64,000 nucleotides of DNA, taken from the IMG/VR virus record IMGVR_UViG_3300047382_000771, positions 32,001 through 96,000 of that record; one strand, written 5' to 3'. Shown here piece after piece: positions 27,532 through 36,939 of the stretch (the stretch's first letter is position 1; each line of letters starts with the position of its first letter). The notes beneath the pieces are model-generated. The model did not search any database, had not been told where the DNA came from, and was given only the letters and a program-made list of their open reading frames with translations. Source of the DNA: a virus (Duplodnaviria > Caudoviricetes). The position numbers and the translations under genes are program-made.

Positions 27532-30099
27532 CTAGGAGCTCTTTTTAATTGTTTCTACTTGCCTTTTAAGAGAGTCTATTTCCCTTTGTTGGTCTTTAAG
27601 AGCCTCTATTAAAACGGGTATTAATTTATGATAAGAAACAGCCAGGTTACCTTCGGAATCATTACCTACTGCATCAGGAAAAACTGATTGGACATCTTGA
27701 GCAATAACACCTATATCTTTTTTCCCCGCAAGATCTAAAGGAGCATCTTCAGTCCATACAAACTCGTAACCAGAAATTTTAGAGACTTTGTCTATAGCAT
27801 TGGTTAGAAACTTTAAATTAGATTTTAATCTCTTATCAGATGTGAATAAACTAGGTTCAGTCCCTGCGTTCCAATTGGTTATAGATAGAGTTCCGTCCGC
27901 TGCAACAGAAAGACCATTGCCTGGTTTGACTGTGCCTACTGCAGCAGCTGTTGCGACTGCAACACTGGCAGCGAGAGTTATTTGGGTGTCCGATGCTTGG
28001 TCGGCTGTAAAAGTTCCAACTTGAGTTCCTGATCCATCAACAAATGTTAGTGTTCCATTGTTGGGGGCAGGAGGATCTGGTACAGTGATCGTTGTGTTGG
28101 TCGATTGGTTTGCTGTAAAGTTACCTAGTACTGTGCCAGAATTTGTTGTTATACTTAATGTCCCATCGTTGGGGGTGTCAGGCACCGTGACAGTTGAGTC
28201 TCCATTTTGGTTAGCGGTGAATGTCCCAAGTGTTGTGCCACTTTGGTTTTGGACTGTTAATGTTCCATCCTTAATATCAGAAAGTAAAGCTACTTGACTG
28301 CCGTTCCATAATAAATCAGTAGTTGTAACCTTAAGAACTTCAGACCAATTTGATCCGCTGTCGCCACTGGTTTCAAAAGAAAAGCCTGCATTAGTATTAA
28401 AGGGTCCATCGACAAGGGTGAATTGCTGCCAAGAACTACCTTCTCTGTTCCTTAGTGTGACATCTCTACCATCCACTCTCCCTGTACTTGTAATAATATT
28501 GCCAGGAGAAATATTTGTGTTAGTCTGACCAAAAGCTATGTTGCCTAAGTTATCAACAACAAGTGGGTTTGGTAATGTCGCTCCATTATCAGTTGTTGTT
28601 CCAATAGCTATATTGTTTAAATCTGAAGCTATAGCGGCAGTAGCTGCTCCAGAACTCGCGCCTCTTAAATAAAGCGAGGGTGTATTTGAAACTCCGTCAA
28701 TACATAGCAGATCTTGCATGAAAGAAAAGCCACCGATTACTTTAAATTTAGATGTACCAATTGGTGTGGTGCCCGCAACAATATCTCCAACTGATACATT
28801 GCCAGTGGAATCTATAGATATCCTAGGGGAAGCAGTGGTTGAAATATGGAAATAAGATGAAGTAGTTGTCCCTATATATGAGTCATTAAAATCCCCAACC
28901 TCTACCTTCAATTCTGTAGATGAATTTTTAATTCTCAAACCATTATTACCATCCGCGCCCCCTTCATTAACTGTTGAGTCAATCCAGGAACTGGGATTAT
29001 TGTCATTTAAACCAAGTTTACCTAAGCTCGTGATGCGAGCCCTCTCTGTGGCACCATCAATGCCTGCAGTAGAATTATTTAAAGTAGTATGAAAAACTAA
29101 TGCACCATCTTCGGCATTATTTGTGTTTGTTTCGATGGCCCCACCAATAAAAGCATATGGCTTATTAGCTTCAGAGTTAGATGAATGTCCAAAATTGAAA
29201 GAAACCCCAACCATGTCTCCTTCAATAGAACTAGGTTTTTCAATAAAAATTGGAGCATTGTCTCCAGCATAAACGTGGAGTTGAGTTGATGGTTCTTCTG
29301 TATGAATCCCTACTAAACCATCTTTAACTATAAATTGGCCAGATTGAAAGTCGTCAATTAAAAATTGTATTCCATCTTCGTAACTAATGTTTAACTTGCC
29401 TGTTGGTGCTGCGCCTGAACCCATATGTATATTACCAGCAGAATTAGCCCAAAAAAATGTTTCATTAGCTGAAGCTAAACCCGCGTCTAATCTTATCAGT
29501 GGCACATTGTCTTCTGCACCATCCCTGGTTCTAGCATCTATATATAAACCAGAATGGCTAGCATTTAATGCTGTATTAATGTATTGCCTATAATTATAGT
29601 GGTTGCAGGAGTTTCTGTAATCATTAAAGTGATTACCGCCAACAATAATAGAATCTGAAAAACATCCCGTTACTGATTTTAAATTTTTTGCAATAGAATG
29701 GTCTGAGGTTAATAATGTAAATGTCCCGCTATTACCAAAAATCTCATCAACATAAGTATTTTCTAATAAATATGTATCACCACTAACCCTTAAGTTGTCT
29801 TTTATGTACATACCTTCTCCTGAAGCTATATACATTTTGGTGTCACCACCTATGTCAAATTTTAAATCTCTTGCGTCTGTAGGATCAAAGAGGCCTATGT
29901 GTAATGCCTCATCATTCCCAGAAAAAGGGTATAACCCTCCGAACATTTCGTCTTTTAGGTCAACTGAAAGACGCTTAAAATCCCATTTATAGTTCCTTGC
30001 ATTAACGTCGGAACTGACCCCACTAGCTACTACAAAATAAGTATGAGAATCTCCTGAACCGTAAAAATCTTCAAACTGACTAATTTTTTTATCTGCCAT
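27532..30099 (-). CDS. Tail fibre with a C-terminal peptidase S74 intramolecular chaperone
   Basis: SDKRLKSN...ISGYEFVW...DIGVIAQDVQ...VSYHKLIPVLIEALK coiled coil; repeated G.VGI/LGL fibre motifs; three (D/N)GTL....G..LG.FTA.Q repeats. Confidence 0.85.
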   Translation of the reverse strand: MADKKISQFEDFYGSGDSHTYFVVASGVSSDVNARNYKWDFKRLSVDLKDEMFGGLYPFSGNDEALHIGLFDPTDARDLKFDIGGDTKMYIASGEGMYIKDNLRVSGDTYLLENTYVDEIFGNSGTFTLLTSDHSIAKNLKSVTGCFSDSIIVGGNHFNDYRNSCNHYNYRQYINTALNASHSGLYIDARTRDGAEDNVPLIRLDAGLASANETFFWANSAGNIHMGSGAAPTGKLNISYEDGIQFLIDDFQSGQFIVKDGLVGIHTEEPSTQLHVYAGDNAPIFIEKPSSIEGDMVGVSFNFGHSSNSEANKPYAFIGGAIETNTNNAEDGALVFHTTLNNSTAGIDGATERARITSLGKLGLNDNNPSSWIDSTVNEGGADGNNGLRIKNSSTELKVEVGDFNDSYIGTTTSSYFHISTTASPRISIDSTGNVSVGDIVAGTTPIGTSKFKVIGGFSFMQDLLCIDGVSNTPSLYLRGASSGAATAAIASDLNNIAIGTTTDNGATLPNPLVVDNLGNIAFGQTNTNISPGNIITSTGRVDGRDVTLRNREGSSWQQFTLVDGPFNTNAGFSFETSGDSGSNWSEVLKVTTTDLLWNGSQVALLSDIKDGTLTVQNQSGTTLGTFTANQNGDSTVTVPDTPNDGTLSITTNSGTVLGNFTANQSTNTTITVPDPPAPNNGTLTFVDGSGTQVGTFTADQASDTQITLAASVAVATAAAVGTVKPGNGLSVAADGTLSITNWNAGTEPSLFTSDKRLKSNLKFLTNAIDKVSKISGYEFVWTEDAPLDLAGKKDIGVIAQDVQSVFPDAVGNDSEGNLAVSYHKLIPVLIEALKDQQREIDSLKRQVETIKKSS

Positions 30100-30112
30100 A
30101 TCAAGTATAGAT

Positions 30113-30117
30113 TACAC
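30113..30117 (-). promoter_or_regulatory. GTGTA motif, 13 nt upstream of ATG 30099
   Basis: atGTGTAatctatacttgatATG. Confidence 0.7.
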
Positions 30118-30143
30118 ATAATTGGCAAAAAGTTTTAAACTAA

Positions 30144-32558
30144 TTATGATACTTTAAATTTTATTTCAGAATTCGATAGGTAGAAATCAAAATTTATAGA
30201 TGTATTTACATTTTTATTTAAAACATAAGAAGATAGTGGAGACTCTATGTTTTTCTTAATTATTCTATCTAAAGGCCTAGCTCCCATGTTTTCTTTTCTT
30301 GCTAATTCACATATATATTGTACGGAATCTTCATCTAAAGATAGGGAGATATCTCTTTTTTTCAGTTTCTTTTTTAGAGAAGAGATTTTGCCATTTAATA
30401 TTTTAATAAAAGATTCTTGTGGTAAGTTCTCGAATAAAATAATCTCATCAAGCCTATTGCAAAGTTCTGGGCTTAATAATTTTATAGCTTCTTCTCTGAC
30501 TTCTTCTTCTTTTGTATTATTTGACTGGCTAAACCCGAGACTGGTTTTGGTTAAAAGGTGAGCCCCTATGTTACTAGTTAATATAATAACACAATCTTTA
30601 AAATACGCTTTGCCGCCAAACTGATCTTCTATCTCACCTTCCTCTAAGATTTGTAATAATAATTGCTGGACATCTCTATGAGCTTTCTCTATTTCATCAA
30701 AAATTAAAACACAGTGTGGGGTTTTTTTAACTTTTTCTATTAAGAATCCCCCCTCTTCATAACCCACATAGCCAGGAGAAGAGCCTATAAGCTTTGATGA
30801 GGATATTTTTTCAGAGTACTCAGACATATCTAGTCTGATGACTTTTTTAGAATCTCCAAAAAACTTTTCAGCTAAAACTTTGCCAGTATAGGTTTTGCCA
30901 GTACCTGTTAGACCTAGAAATAAAAATGAAGATATTGGTTTGTGGTTATCCTTAATGCCTAATTTTGACCTACCTATGCTATCCACTATGGAGTCAATAG
31001 CAGATGGTTGACCTATAACTTGAGATTTTAGGGAACGTTTTAAATTATTTAAATTAAACGAAGATGATTTATTGATATGCTCTACTGGCACCTTTGTTTT
31101 TTTAGCGACTATAGACTCAATCAGGTCTATTGATATGGTTCTATCTATAGATTTTTCCCATTTGTTGTATTCATCTTCGTATCTATCCAGTAAGCTTTCC
31201 TCTAGTTTAGCATTAATTTCAGGCTCATAACTTAAGTCGTAGAGCTGGGATTCTATTTGAGATAAAGAGGAAGGTTCGGTTAGATTAAATATTTTTAAAC
31301 AAGAGCCAGCCTCATCCATTAAATCGATGGCTTTATCAGGGAAATATTTAGTTGGCAAAAACTCTTCAGCCAAATCCACAATTTTCTTCAAGCATGTTTT
31401 GGAGTATTTTACATCATGGAATTCTTCGTATGATTTTTTAATTCCATTAAGTATTTCTAGGCACTCGCTTTTGTTGGGCTCATCAACAAACACAGGTTCA
31501 AGCCTTCTGTTCAAAGCCATATCTTTTTCTATGCTTTTTTTATACTCTGGATATGTAGTGGCGGTAATTAGTTTGATTTGACCCCTAGCGAGAGCTGGCT
31601 TTAATATATTAGCAGCATCCAATGCCCCCTCCGCACTCCCCGCACCAATCAAGGTATGAGCCTCGTCAATAAATAAAATAATATTAGAATCAGAAACCTC
31701 TGAAATTAAGTTTTTTAATCTTTGCTCGAATTGACCTCTATATTTAGTGCCAGCAACCATTGATGCTATATCGACAGCATAAACTTCAAAATTTTGCAAG
31801 AAAGATGGGCAGCGTTTAGCCACAATTAGATTAGCTAGACCTTCCACACATGCAGTTTTACCTACGCCAGGGTCACCAATTAAAATGGGATTGTTTTTAT
31901 TTTTTCTACCCAAGATTTCGAAAATTCTATTAACTTCAGAGTCACGACCTATGACTTTATCAATCTTGCCCCTCGATGACATTTCATTTAAATTAACACA
32001 GAAATTTTCTAAACTACTACCTTCAGTATTGCTGGGAATTTCGGTCGGAGTTTTGGGGAAACTGCCTGGGTTGCCTTGGTTGCCAGGAATATCAAATGTA
32101 AGATTTTTAAATTTTAATAAATTCAAAAAGTCTAACATAACCTTGTTTGGTTCTTTATCTATGGAAGTTAGGAACATGCAACCTGCTCCTCCTTTCCTAT
32201 TTAACAAAGCAAAGAAAAGGTGTTCTGCACCTATGTAATGGTCTTGACACTTCTCAGAGAGCTTATGGGCTTCGTTTAAAGCAGTTTTGAAATCATCATT
32301 ATACTGAACATCTTTAAGGCTAAGGTCTGATTCCCCTTTCTTGTTCAGGGAACCAAAGGTTGTTACAAAAGATACGAATTCATTTTTAGATATTTTTTGT
32401 TTACGCAGAAACAGATCTATGAAATCATCTTCAGATTCTAACAAAAGAATCAACAAATGCTCTTCTCTTACGGACAGATGGCCAAGAGAAAATGCAAGCT
32501 CTTTAGATTTAGTTATGAAATACTGGGACTTCGGTGAAAAGTTTGGGCCTTGTGACAT
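30144..32558 (-). CDS. ClpA/ClpC-family AAA+ unfoldase
   Basis: Clp N-domain (EEHLLILLL, GAEHLFFALL); NBD1 GDPGVGKT / FIDEAH; NBD2 GLTGTGKT / FDEIEKAH; LGF loop; no long ClpB middle domain. Confidence 0.92.
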   Translation of the reverse strand: MSQGPNFSPKSQYFITKSKELAFSLGHLSVREEHLLILLLESEDDFIDLFLRKQKISKNEFVSFVTTFGSLNKKGESDLSLKDVQYNDDFKTALNEAHKLSEKCQDHYIGAEHLFFALLNRKGGAGCMFLTSIDKEPNKVMLDFLNLLKFKNLTFDIPGNQGNPGSFPKTPTEIPSNTEGSSLENFCVNLNEMSSRGKIDKVIGRDSEVNRIFEILGRKNKNNPILIGDPGVGKTACVEGLANLIVAKRCPSFLQNFEVYAVDIASMVAGTKYRGQFEQRLKNLISEVSDSNIILFIDEAHTLIGAGSAEGALDAANILKPALARGQIKLITATTYPEYKKSIEKDMALNRRLEPVFVDEPNKSECLEILNGIKKSYEEFHDVKYSKTCLKKIVDLAEEFLPTKYFPDKAIDLMDEAGSCLKIFNLTEPSSLSQIESQLYDLSYEPEINAKLEESLLDRYEDEYNKWEKSIDRTISIDLIESIVAKKTKVPVEHINKSSSFNLNNLKRSLKSQVIGQPSAIDSIVDSIGRSKLGIKDNHKPISSFLFLGLTGTGKTYTGKVLAEKFFGDSKKVIRLDMSEYSEKISSSKLIGSSPGYVGYEEGGFLIEKVKKTPHCVLIFDEIEKAHRDVQQLLLQILEEGEIEDQFGGKAYFKDCVIILTSNIGAHLLTKTSLGFSQSNNTKEEEVREEAIKLLSPELCNRLDEIILFENLPQESFIKILNGKISSLKKKLKKRDISLSLDEDSVQYICELARKENMGARPLDRIIKKNIESPLSSYVLNKNVNTSINFDFYLSNSEIKFKVS

Positions 32559-32569
32559 ATATAATATTA

Positions 32570-35146
32570 TTACACAGAATCGTTCTTAAAGTCGGAAAGT
32601 TTCATGTAGATCATTTCGTCAATGATCCTTATTCGATTTAAAAATAATGCATCTCCAGACCTATTTTTTTCCCCATAAACAACAACTATGTTCCCTTCTG
32701 AGGGGACCTTATTATCCTTTAAATATTCTGTGCATTTTTTGAACCTAGCTGTATCTACTAATATACCATCGACATTCCCGACCTCATCTTCGAGTTCGAG
32801 TTTGATGTAAAGATTACCATTTCTGGATTTTTCTTTTTTTGCAAATTTAACGACCAGTAAATATTTAGCAACAGTACCAGCTTCGCACTCTTTAAAAAAC
32901 TTAGAGTCCTTTAACTCCGAGTGTGAACTAGAAAATACATCTTTTAATCTAGTCGAGTAACTGAACCCAAGTAAGCTGCGTTCGAAGTACCAATTGGCGA
33001 ATTTCTGGTTCTTACTGTTTTTGTAGTATATTTCTTTTTGTGGCAAGTATTTTTTCTTAATAGTTTCATATCTAGATTCTTTAATTAATGGCTTGCCATC
33101 GTCCCCTGAGTATTTAAAACCAGAAGTTTTTGCTGAATTAAATATTTCGAACACGTCTTTATCTTCTTTTTCATGTATTGATATGAAGTTTCTTTTCTCT
33201 CTGTCAGTAAGAATATTAAATAATTGAGCCTCTAGTACTTGTTTGGCCCTATCTTCGTTTTGAGAGTCACTAAGAGCGCCTGCCTGTATTAAGGATGACA
33301 ATGTGCCTATATTGAGACCAGAATGCTTAGCTGCTATGAATACTTCGAATTTATTAACAAACTTTTCTTCCTTGAACAACTGTATGGCATGTAAAGTTTT
33401 ATCGCTTATGCCCTTTATGCTAGACAAACCATATCTTATGTTTCCATCTTCAACACAATAATCAAAATCAGATTTAACTAAATTTGGTGGTAATAGTTTT
33501 ATGTCAAAATTTGGTAGCTCTTTGCTGATATTAGAGACTTCAAGCTGCGGATTTGGCTCAAAGTTTGTCATTTTTAATAACGCAAGAAAGAACTCTTGTG
33601 GATGATTAAATTTTAAATAAACAGTCCATGCCGCTAATGTAGCGTAACTGATAGAGTGGCTTTTATTAAATGAATAATTAGCACTATCTTCAGCCACCTT
33701 CCATAAAATATCACCAATAGTCTCTTCGAGATTTTGTTCTTCTATCTTATCTTCAATCTTGCTTTTCCACTCTGGCATTTTGTCTACCTTTTTCTTGCCT
33801 ACAATTCTTCTTAATTGTTCTGACTCGTCAAGGGTGAACCCTAATCTCACCGCCATCTTCATTAACTGCTCTTGGTATAATGGTATACCACCAGTATACG
33901 AGAGCTCTTCTTCAAAGAAATCATGAACTACCTGAGCCTCTCCAGACCTAATATAGTCAGAGTACTTATCAACAAAATCTAATGCCCCTGGCCTGGCTAA
34001 AGCTATAACAGCACTAAGCTCTTCAAGGCTTCTGGGTTTCACTTTTCTGCAAACAGAAAAATTAGTATGAGCCTCTATCTGAAATAAACCATGCGGAGAA
34101 TCTAGTTCAGAGAAAGGGTAATAGGTCTTGTCTTCATCTAGAGGTATCTTTGTTGGGTCAATACCTATTGAGTTGCAGGTGTTGTAAATTACACTTAACG
34201 TACGCAACCCAAGAATATCAAACTTAACCATAAGTTCTGACACCCAATTCATATCATAACCAGTGACAAGAGAGCCGTCATTAGTTTTTTGAACGGGACA
34301 TATGTCTTCGATTGCATTACAGGAAATAGCTATGCCAGACGGATGAACTCCTGAGTTTTTGTTTAAACCCTCAAGCTTCCTTGAAATGTCTACCACCCTC
34401 GTGTTATCTTCGGACCACTCCTTGAATTTAGTACTCTCCTCTAAGGATTTATCTATAGATGCTACCTTCCCAAAATTCTTGGGTATAAATGATGTAACAT
34501 GATTTATGTCTTGCTCTATATAATTACCTACTATTTTTCCACACTCCCTAATGCAGAGTTTGCTGCTCAAAGTATTCAATGTGAGAATTTTAGCAGTTCT
34601 ATTTGGGTAGCGATTTTCTATGTAAGAAACAACCCTGTCCCTATGTTCATAAGAAATATCATTATCAATATCAGCTAGTAAGCTTCCATCAAGATATGTT
34701 ACTCCATCTTTCTTGATCTTTTTTGCTCGACTCTCACTCACGAACCTCTCAAAAAATAAGTCATACTTAATAGGGTCAATCTTTGTGACACCAATAAAGA
34801 ATAAAACTAAAGAACCAGCGGCAGAACCACGACCTGGCCCAGTAGGTATATCATTTTCATGACAAAAATTTAATATGTCCCAATTCAGCAATATATAATC
34901 TATAAACCCTAATCTTTTTAAAATTGATAGCTCGCTAGATAGTCTGCCCTTGTACCCAAGTTTATCTTTTGATAAATCAATCCCTTTTAGTTTAGCTCCC
35001 GATTCACAGATCCTTTTTAGAAACATGAAATTAGATGCCCCGTCCTCCAAACCAACAGACTCGTACTGTTCTTTAGAGATGTTGATAGTGGGAAGGAGCA
35101 CTCCCGCAGGGATGCATTCTTCATAACTTGTGTAGGAATCAAACAT
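32570..35146 (-). CDS. dnaE: DNA polymerase III alpha-like catalytic core, lacking the PHP domain
   Basis: GPGRGSAAGSLV, FERF, DIDND, HPSG, KFDILGL, LYQEQLM, YSFNKSH and a C-terminal OB fold. Confidence 0.95.
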   Translation of the reverse strand: MFDSYTSYEECIPAGVLLPTINISKEQYESVGLEDGASNFMFLKRICESGAKLKGIDLSKDKLGYKGRLSSELSILKRLGFIDYILLNWDILNFCHENDIPTGPGRGSAAGSLVLFFIGVTKIDPIKYDLFFERFVSESRAKKIKKDGVTYLDGSLLADIDNDISYEHRDRVVSYIENRYPNRTAKILTLNTLSSKLCIRECGKIVGNYIEQDINHVTSFIPKNFGKVASIDKSLEESTKFKEWSEDNTRVVDISRKLEGLNKNSGVHPSGIAISCNAIEDICPVQKTNDGSLVTGYDMNWVSELMVKFDILGLRTLSVIYNTCNSIGIDPTKIPLDEDKTYYPFSELDSPHGLFQIEAHTNFSVCRKVKPRSLEELSAVIALARPGALDFVDKYSDYIRSGEAQVVHDFFEEELSYTGGIPLYQEQLMKMAVRLGFTLDESEQLRRIVGKKKVDKMPEWKSKIEDKIEEQNLEETIGDILWKVAEDSANYSFNKSHSISYATLAAWTVYLKFNHPQEFFLALLKMTNFEPNPQLEVSNISKELPNFDIKLLPPNLVKSDFDYCVEDGNIRYGLSSIKGISDKTLHAIQLFKEEKFVNKFEVFIAAKHSGLNIGTLSSLIQAGALSDSQNEDRAKQVLEAQLFNILTDREKRNFISIHEKEDKDVFEIFNSAKTSGFKYSGDDGKPLIKESRYETIKKKYLPQKEIYYKNSKNQKFANWYFERSLLGFSYSTRLKDVFSSSHSELKDSKFFKECEAGTVAKYLLVVKFAKKEKSRNGNLYIKLELEDEVGNVDGILVDTARFKKCTEYLKDNKVPSEGNIVVVYGEKNRSGDALFLNRIRIIDEMIYMKLSDFKNDSV
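32571..32575 (-). promoter_or_regulatory. GTGTA motif, 12 nt upstream of the clp ATG
   Basis: ctGTGTAataatattatatATG. Confidence 0.7.
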
Positions 35147-35345
35147 TATTCTGTAAGGTGTTTTCTATTTCAAGTAAATCTGTATAAACTGCGTATACTT
35201 CATCTGGTCTCGTGCTCCAATATTCTGGAGGTTTTGATAAGAAAAATTTAATTAGATCAGCTAAGTGTTGGTTGGCTTTGTTCTTGAGTAATGTGTCTTT
35301 TAAGTATTGGTATGTAATAGTATTATTCATATTGAAATATTCCAA
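35139..35345 (-). CDS. Hypothetical protein (68 aa)
   Basis: ORF overlaps both neighbours within the operon. Confidence 0.5.
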   Translation of the reverse strand: MEYFNMNNTITYQYLKDTLLKNKANQHLADLIKFFLSKPPEYWSTRPDEVYAVYTDLLEIENTLQNNV

Positions 35346-35974
35346 ATCATTTTATTAAAAACTTCAAAATTTTTAGTTATATCGTAAAGCGCATCATGCA
35401 GTTTTGCAGGATCAAAACTTATATCGTACTTTTTGCAACAAGAGGCTAAGTTTAAACTCATACCCCTCTCTCTGAAAGAATTTAATTTGAATTGAAAAAC
35501 AGATAAATCTTCTTTTTTGTTGTATGGTATTTCTTTTTGTATAGCTTTGCCGATTGATAATGTATCAATAGATCTTTTAAGATAACTGTAGTCAGTCTTT
35601 CTGCCTAAGCACTGTCTGAATATGTTGTGTATATATATATCAAAACCAAATATATTGTGCCCCAAATTTATGTACTCTGGATTATACAAGTAGGTCTCAA
35701 AGTGATCTAAGATAAAAGAAGGATCTTCGCCTCTAGCATTATATACTTTTCTCGAAAAACCAGTAATCTTTTCTGCATCTTTGGATATTTTTAAGTCATC
35801 CCATTTTATATAATAATCGTGCTTGGAAATAATCTTTGTTCCCTCAGCAATAATAAATGCTAACTGCCAAGGCTTGTTATCTTCTGACGCTAAATTAAGA
35901 TTGCAGGTTTCGAAATCAAAGATAAGATATTTTTGATCTTTTTTAAACCTTAAAAGTTCGTTATCCATTATCAC
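35327..35974 (-). CDS. dnaQ: DEDDh 3'-5' exonuclease (DnaQ/epsilon-like)
   Basis: ExoI IFDFET, ExoII GHNIFGFD, ExoIII HDALYD. Confidence 0.88.
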   Translation of the reverse strand: MIMDNELLRFKKDQKYLIFDFETCNLNLASEDNKPWQLAFIIAEGTKIISKHDYYIKWDDLKISKDAEKITGFSRKVYNARGEDPSFILDHFETYLYNPEYINLGHNIFGFDIYIHNIFRQCLGRKTDYSYLKRSIDTLSIGKAIQKEIPYNKKEDLSVFQFKLNSFRERGMSLNLASCCKKYDISFDPAKLHDALYDITKNFEVFNKMIWNISI

Positions 35975-36167
35975 TTGAGAGGTTTTTTAAATTATTAATT
36001 AAAGCATGCTTTTCCTTGCTGGGTAAGGAGTTATACTGCCTCTTTAATGCTTTAAGCATTCTTTTGTGTTCTGGTATAGAGCTGTCATAATTTATGATAG
36101 ATTTTATTTTTTTAACAGTACTGGAATTCATAATTTTATATTTAGGATTGTTATAGGAGACTCTCAT
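35961..36167 (-). CDS. Hypothetical basic protein (68 aa)
   Basis: ORF overlaps both neighbours. Confidence 0.45.
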   Translation of the reverse strand: MRVSYNNPKYKIMNSSTVKKIKSIINYDSSIPEHKRMLKALKRQYNSLPSKEKHALINNLKNLSSDNG

Positions 36168-36900
36168 AGCAAAATTCTTTACTACCCATGTGGTCTAAGT
36201 TGGGTTTTTCTAGAGAACTTTTTCTAGACGCGAAAGAGCTTCTAGAACATATGAGTTTATATGTTAAGAATGCTTCAAAATCTTTACGATTTTTATAAAA
36301 AACAGATTTAGTTTTATGGGTCGGGTAAGAATGATTCAATGTATAGTTTTTGATATTGTTTTCTAACATAAAATCAAAGGGTAAACCATTGTCTTCCAAA
36401 AAGAAATGAGGGTTAAAACTAGATAAATCCACGACAAATGAATTAAATAAAAATAAATTACAAAACAAAAAAGAATCATAAAATGGAACAGCTAAATCTA
36501 GATGGTCTGAATTCCAATATGAAGCCAAATCCGTTAAGGTGATAGCATTTATATCACTCGACTTTACTTTACTATAAATTTTAAATAAACACTTGCACCC
36601 TTCGGAATTCTTACTAAATACAATTAACTTATGTTTCGGAGTTTTTTTGTCTTCTGGGTCAAAAGATTCGTCTACTATATCTATTCTTAAACCGAATCTA
36701 AAATTAACATCCATAGCCTTAGCTACTTTGTTCGCTTGAAGGAAACCCATAAAGCTATCTTCAACCATTACTACTTCTGTAAGATTGTTTTCTTTAACTA
36801 TATCAAATACAGAATCTGATGAGCCATTCGACTCGGAAGGCTCGTTTAATGTTAAGATAGATTTACCAATAGAATAGTGGCTTTTGAATAGCGGTATCAT
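36151..36900 (-). CDS. Stand-alone PHP domain of DNA polymerase III alpha, metal ligands degenerate
   Basis: SHYSIGKS resembles HSEYSLLDG; MVEDS resembles ITDH; FRFGLR resembles IIGxE; HKLIVFSKNSEG resembles HLxLLAKNxxG. 249 + 858 aa is about a full-length DnaE. Confidence 0.8.
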   Translation of the reverse strand: MIPLFKSHYSIGKSILTLNEPSESNGSSDSVFDIVKENNLTEVVMVEDSFMGFLQANKVAKAMDVNFRFGLRIDIVDESFDPEDKKTPKHKLIVFSKNSEGCKCLFKIYSKVKSSDINAITLTDLASYWNSDHLDLAVPFYDSFLFCNLFLFNSFVVDLSSFNPHFFLEDNGLPFDFMLENNIKNYTLNHSYPTHKTKSVFYKNRKDFEAFLTYKLICSRSSFASRKSSLEKPNLDHMGSKEFCYESLL

Positions 36901-36908
36901 CGCTAAAC

Positions 36909-36937
36909 ATCATAGCAATAAACAGGTTCGAAGTCAA
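36909..36937 (-). promoter_or_regulatory. sigma70-type promoter with extended -10, near-leaderless
   Basis: TTGACT (36937-36932), 17 nt ending TGc, TATGAT (36914-36909), 8 nt, ATG. Confidence 0.75.
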
Positions 36938-36939
36938 GG

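Noticed and set aside
35100-36200. Split intein joining the PHP and core halves of DnaE
   Set aside because: No N-intein (C/S-start block) at the end of the PHP ORF and no HN-C/S/T C-intein end at the start of the core ORF.
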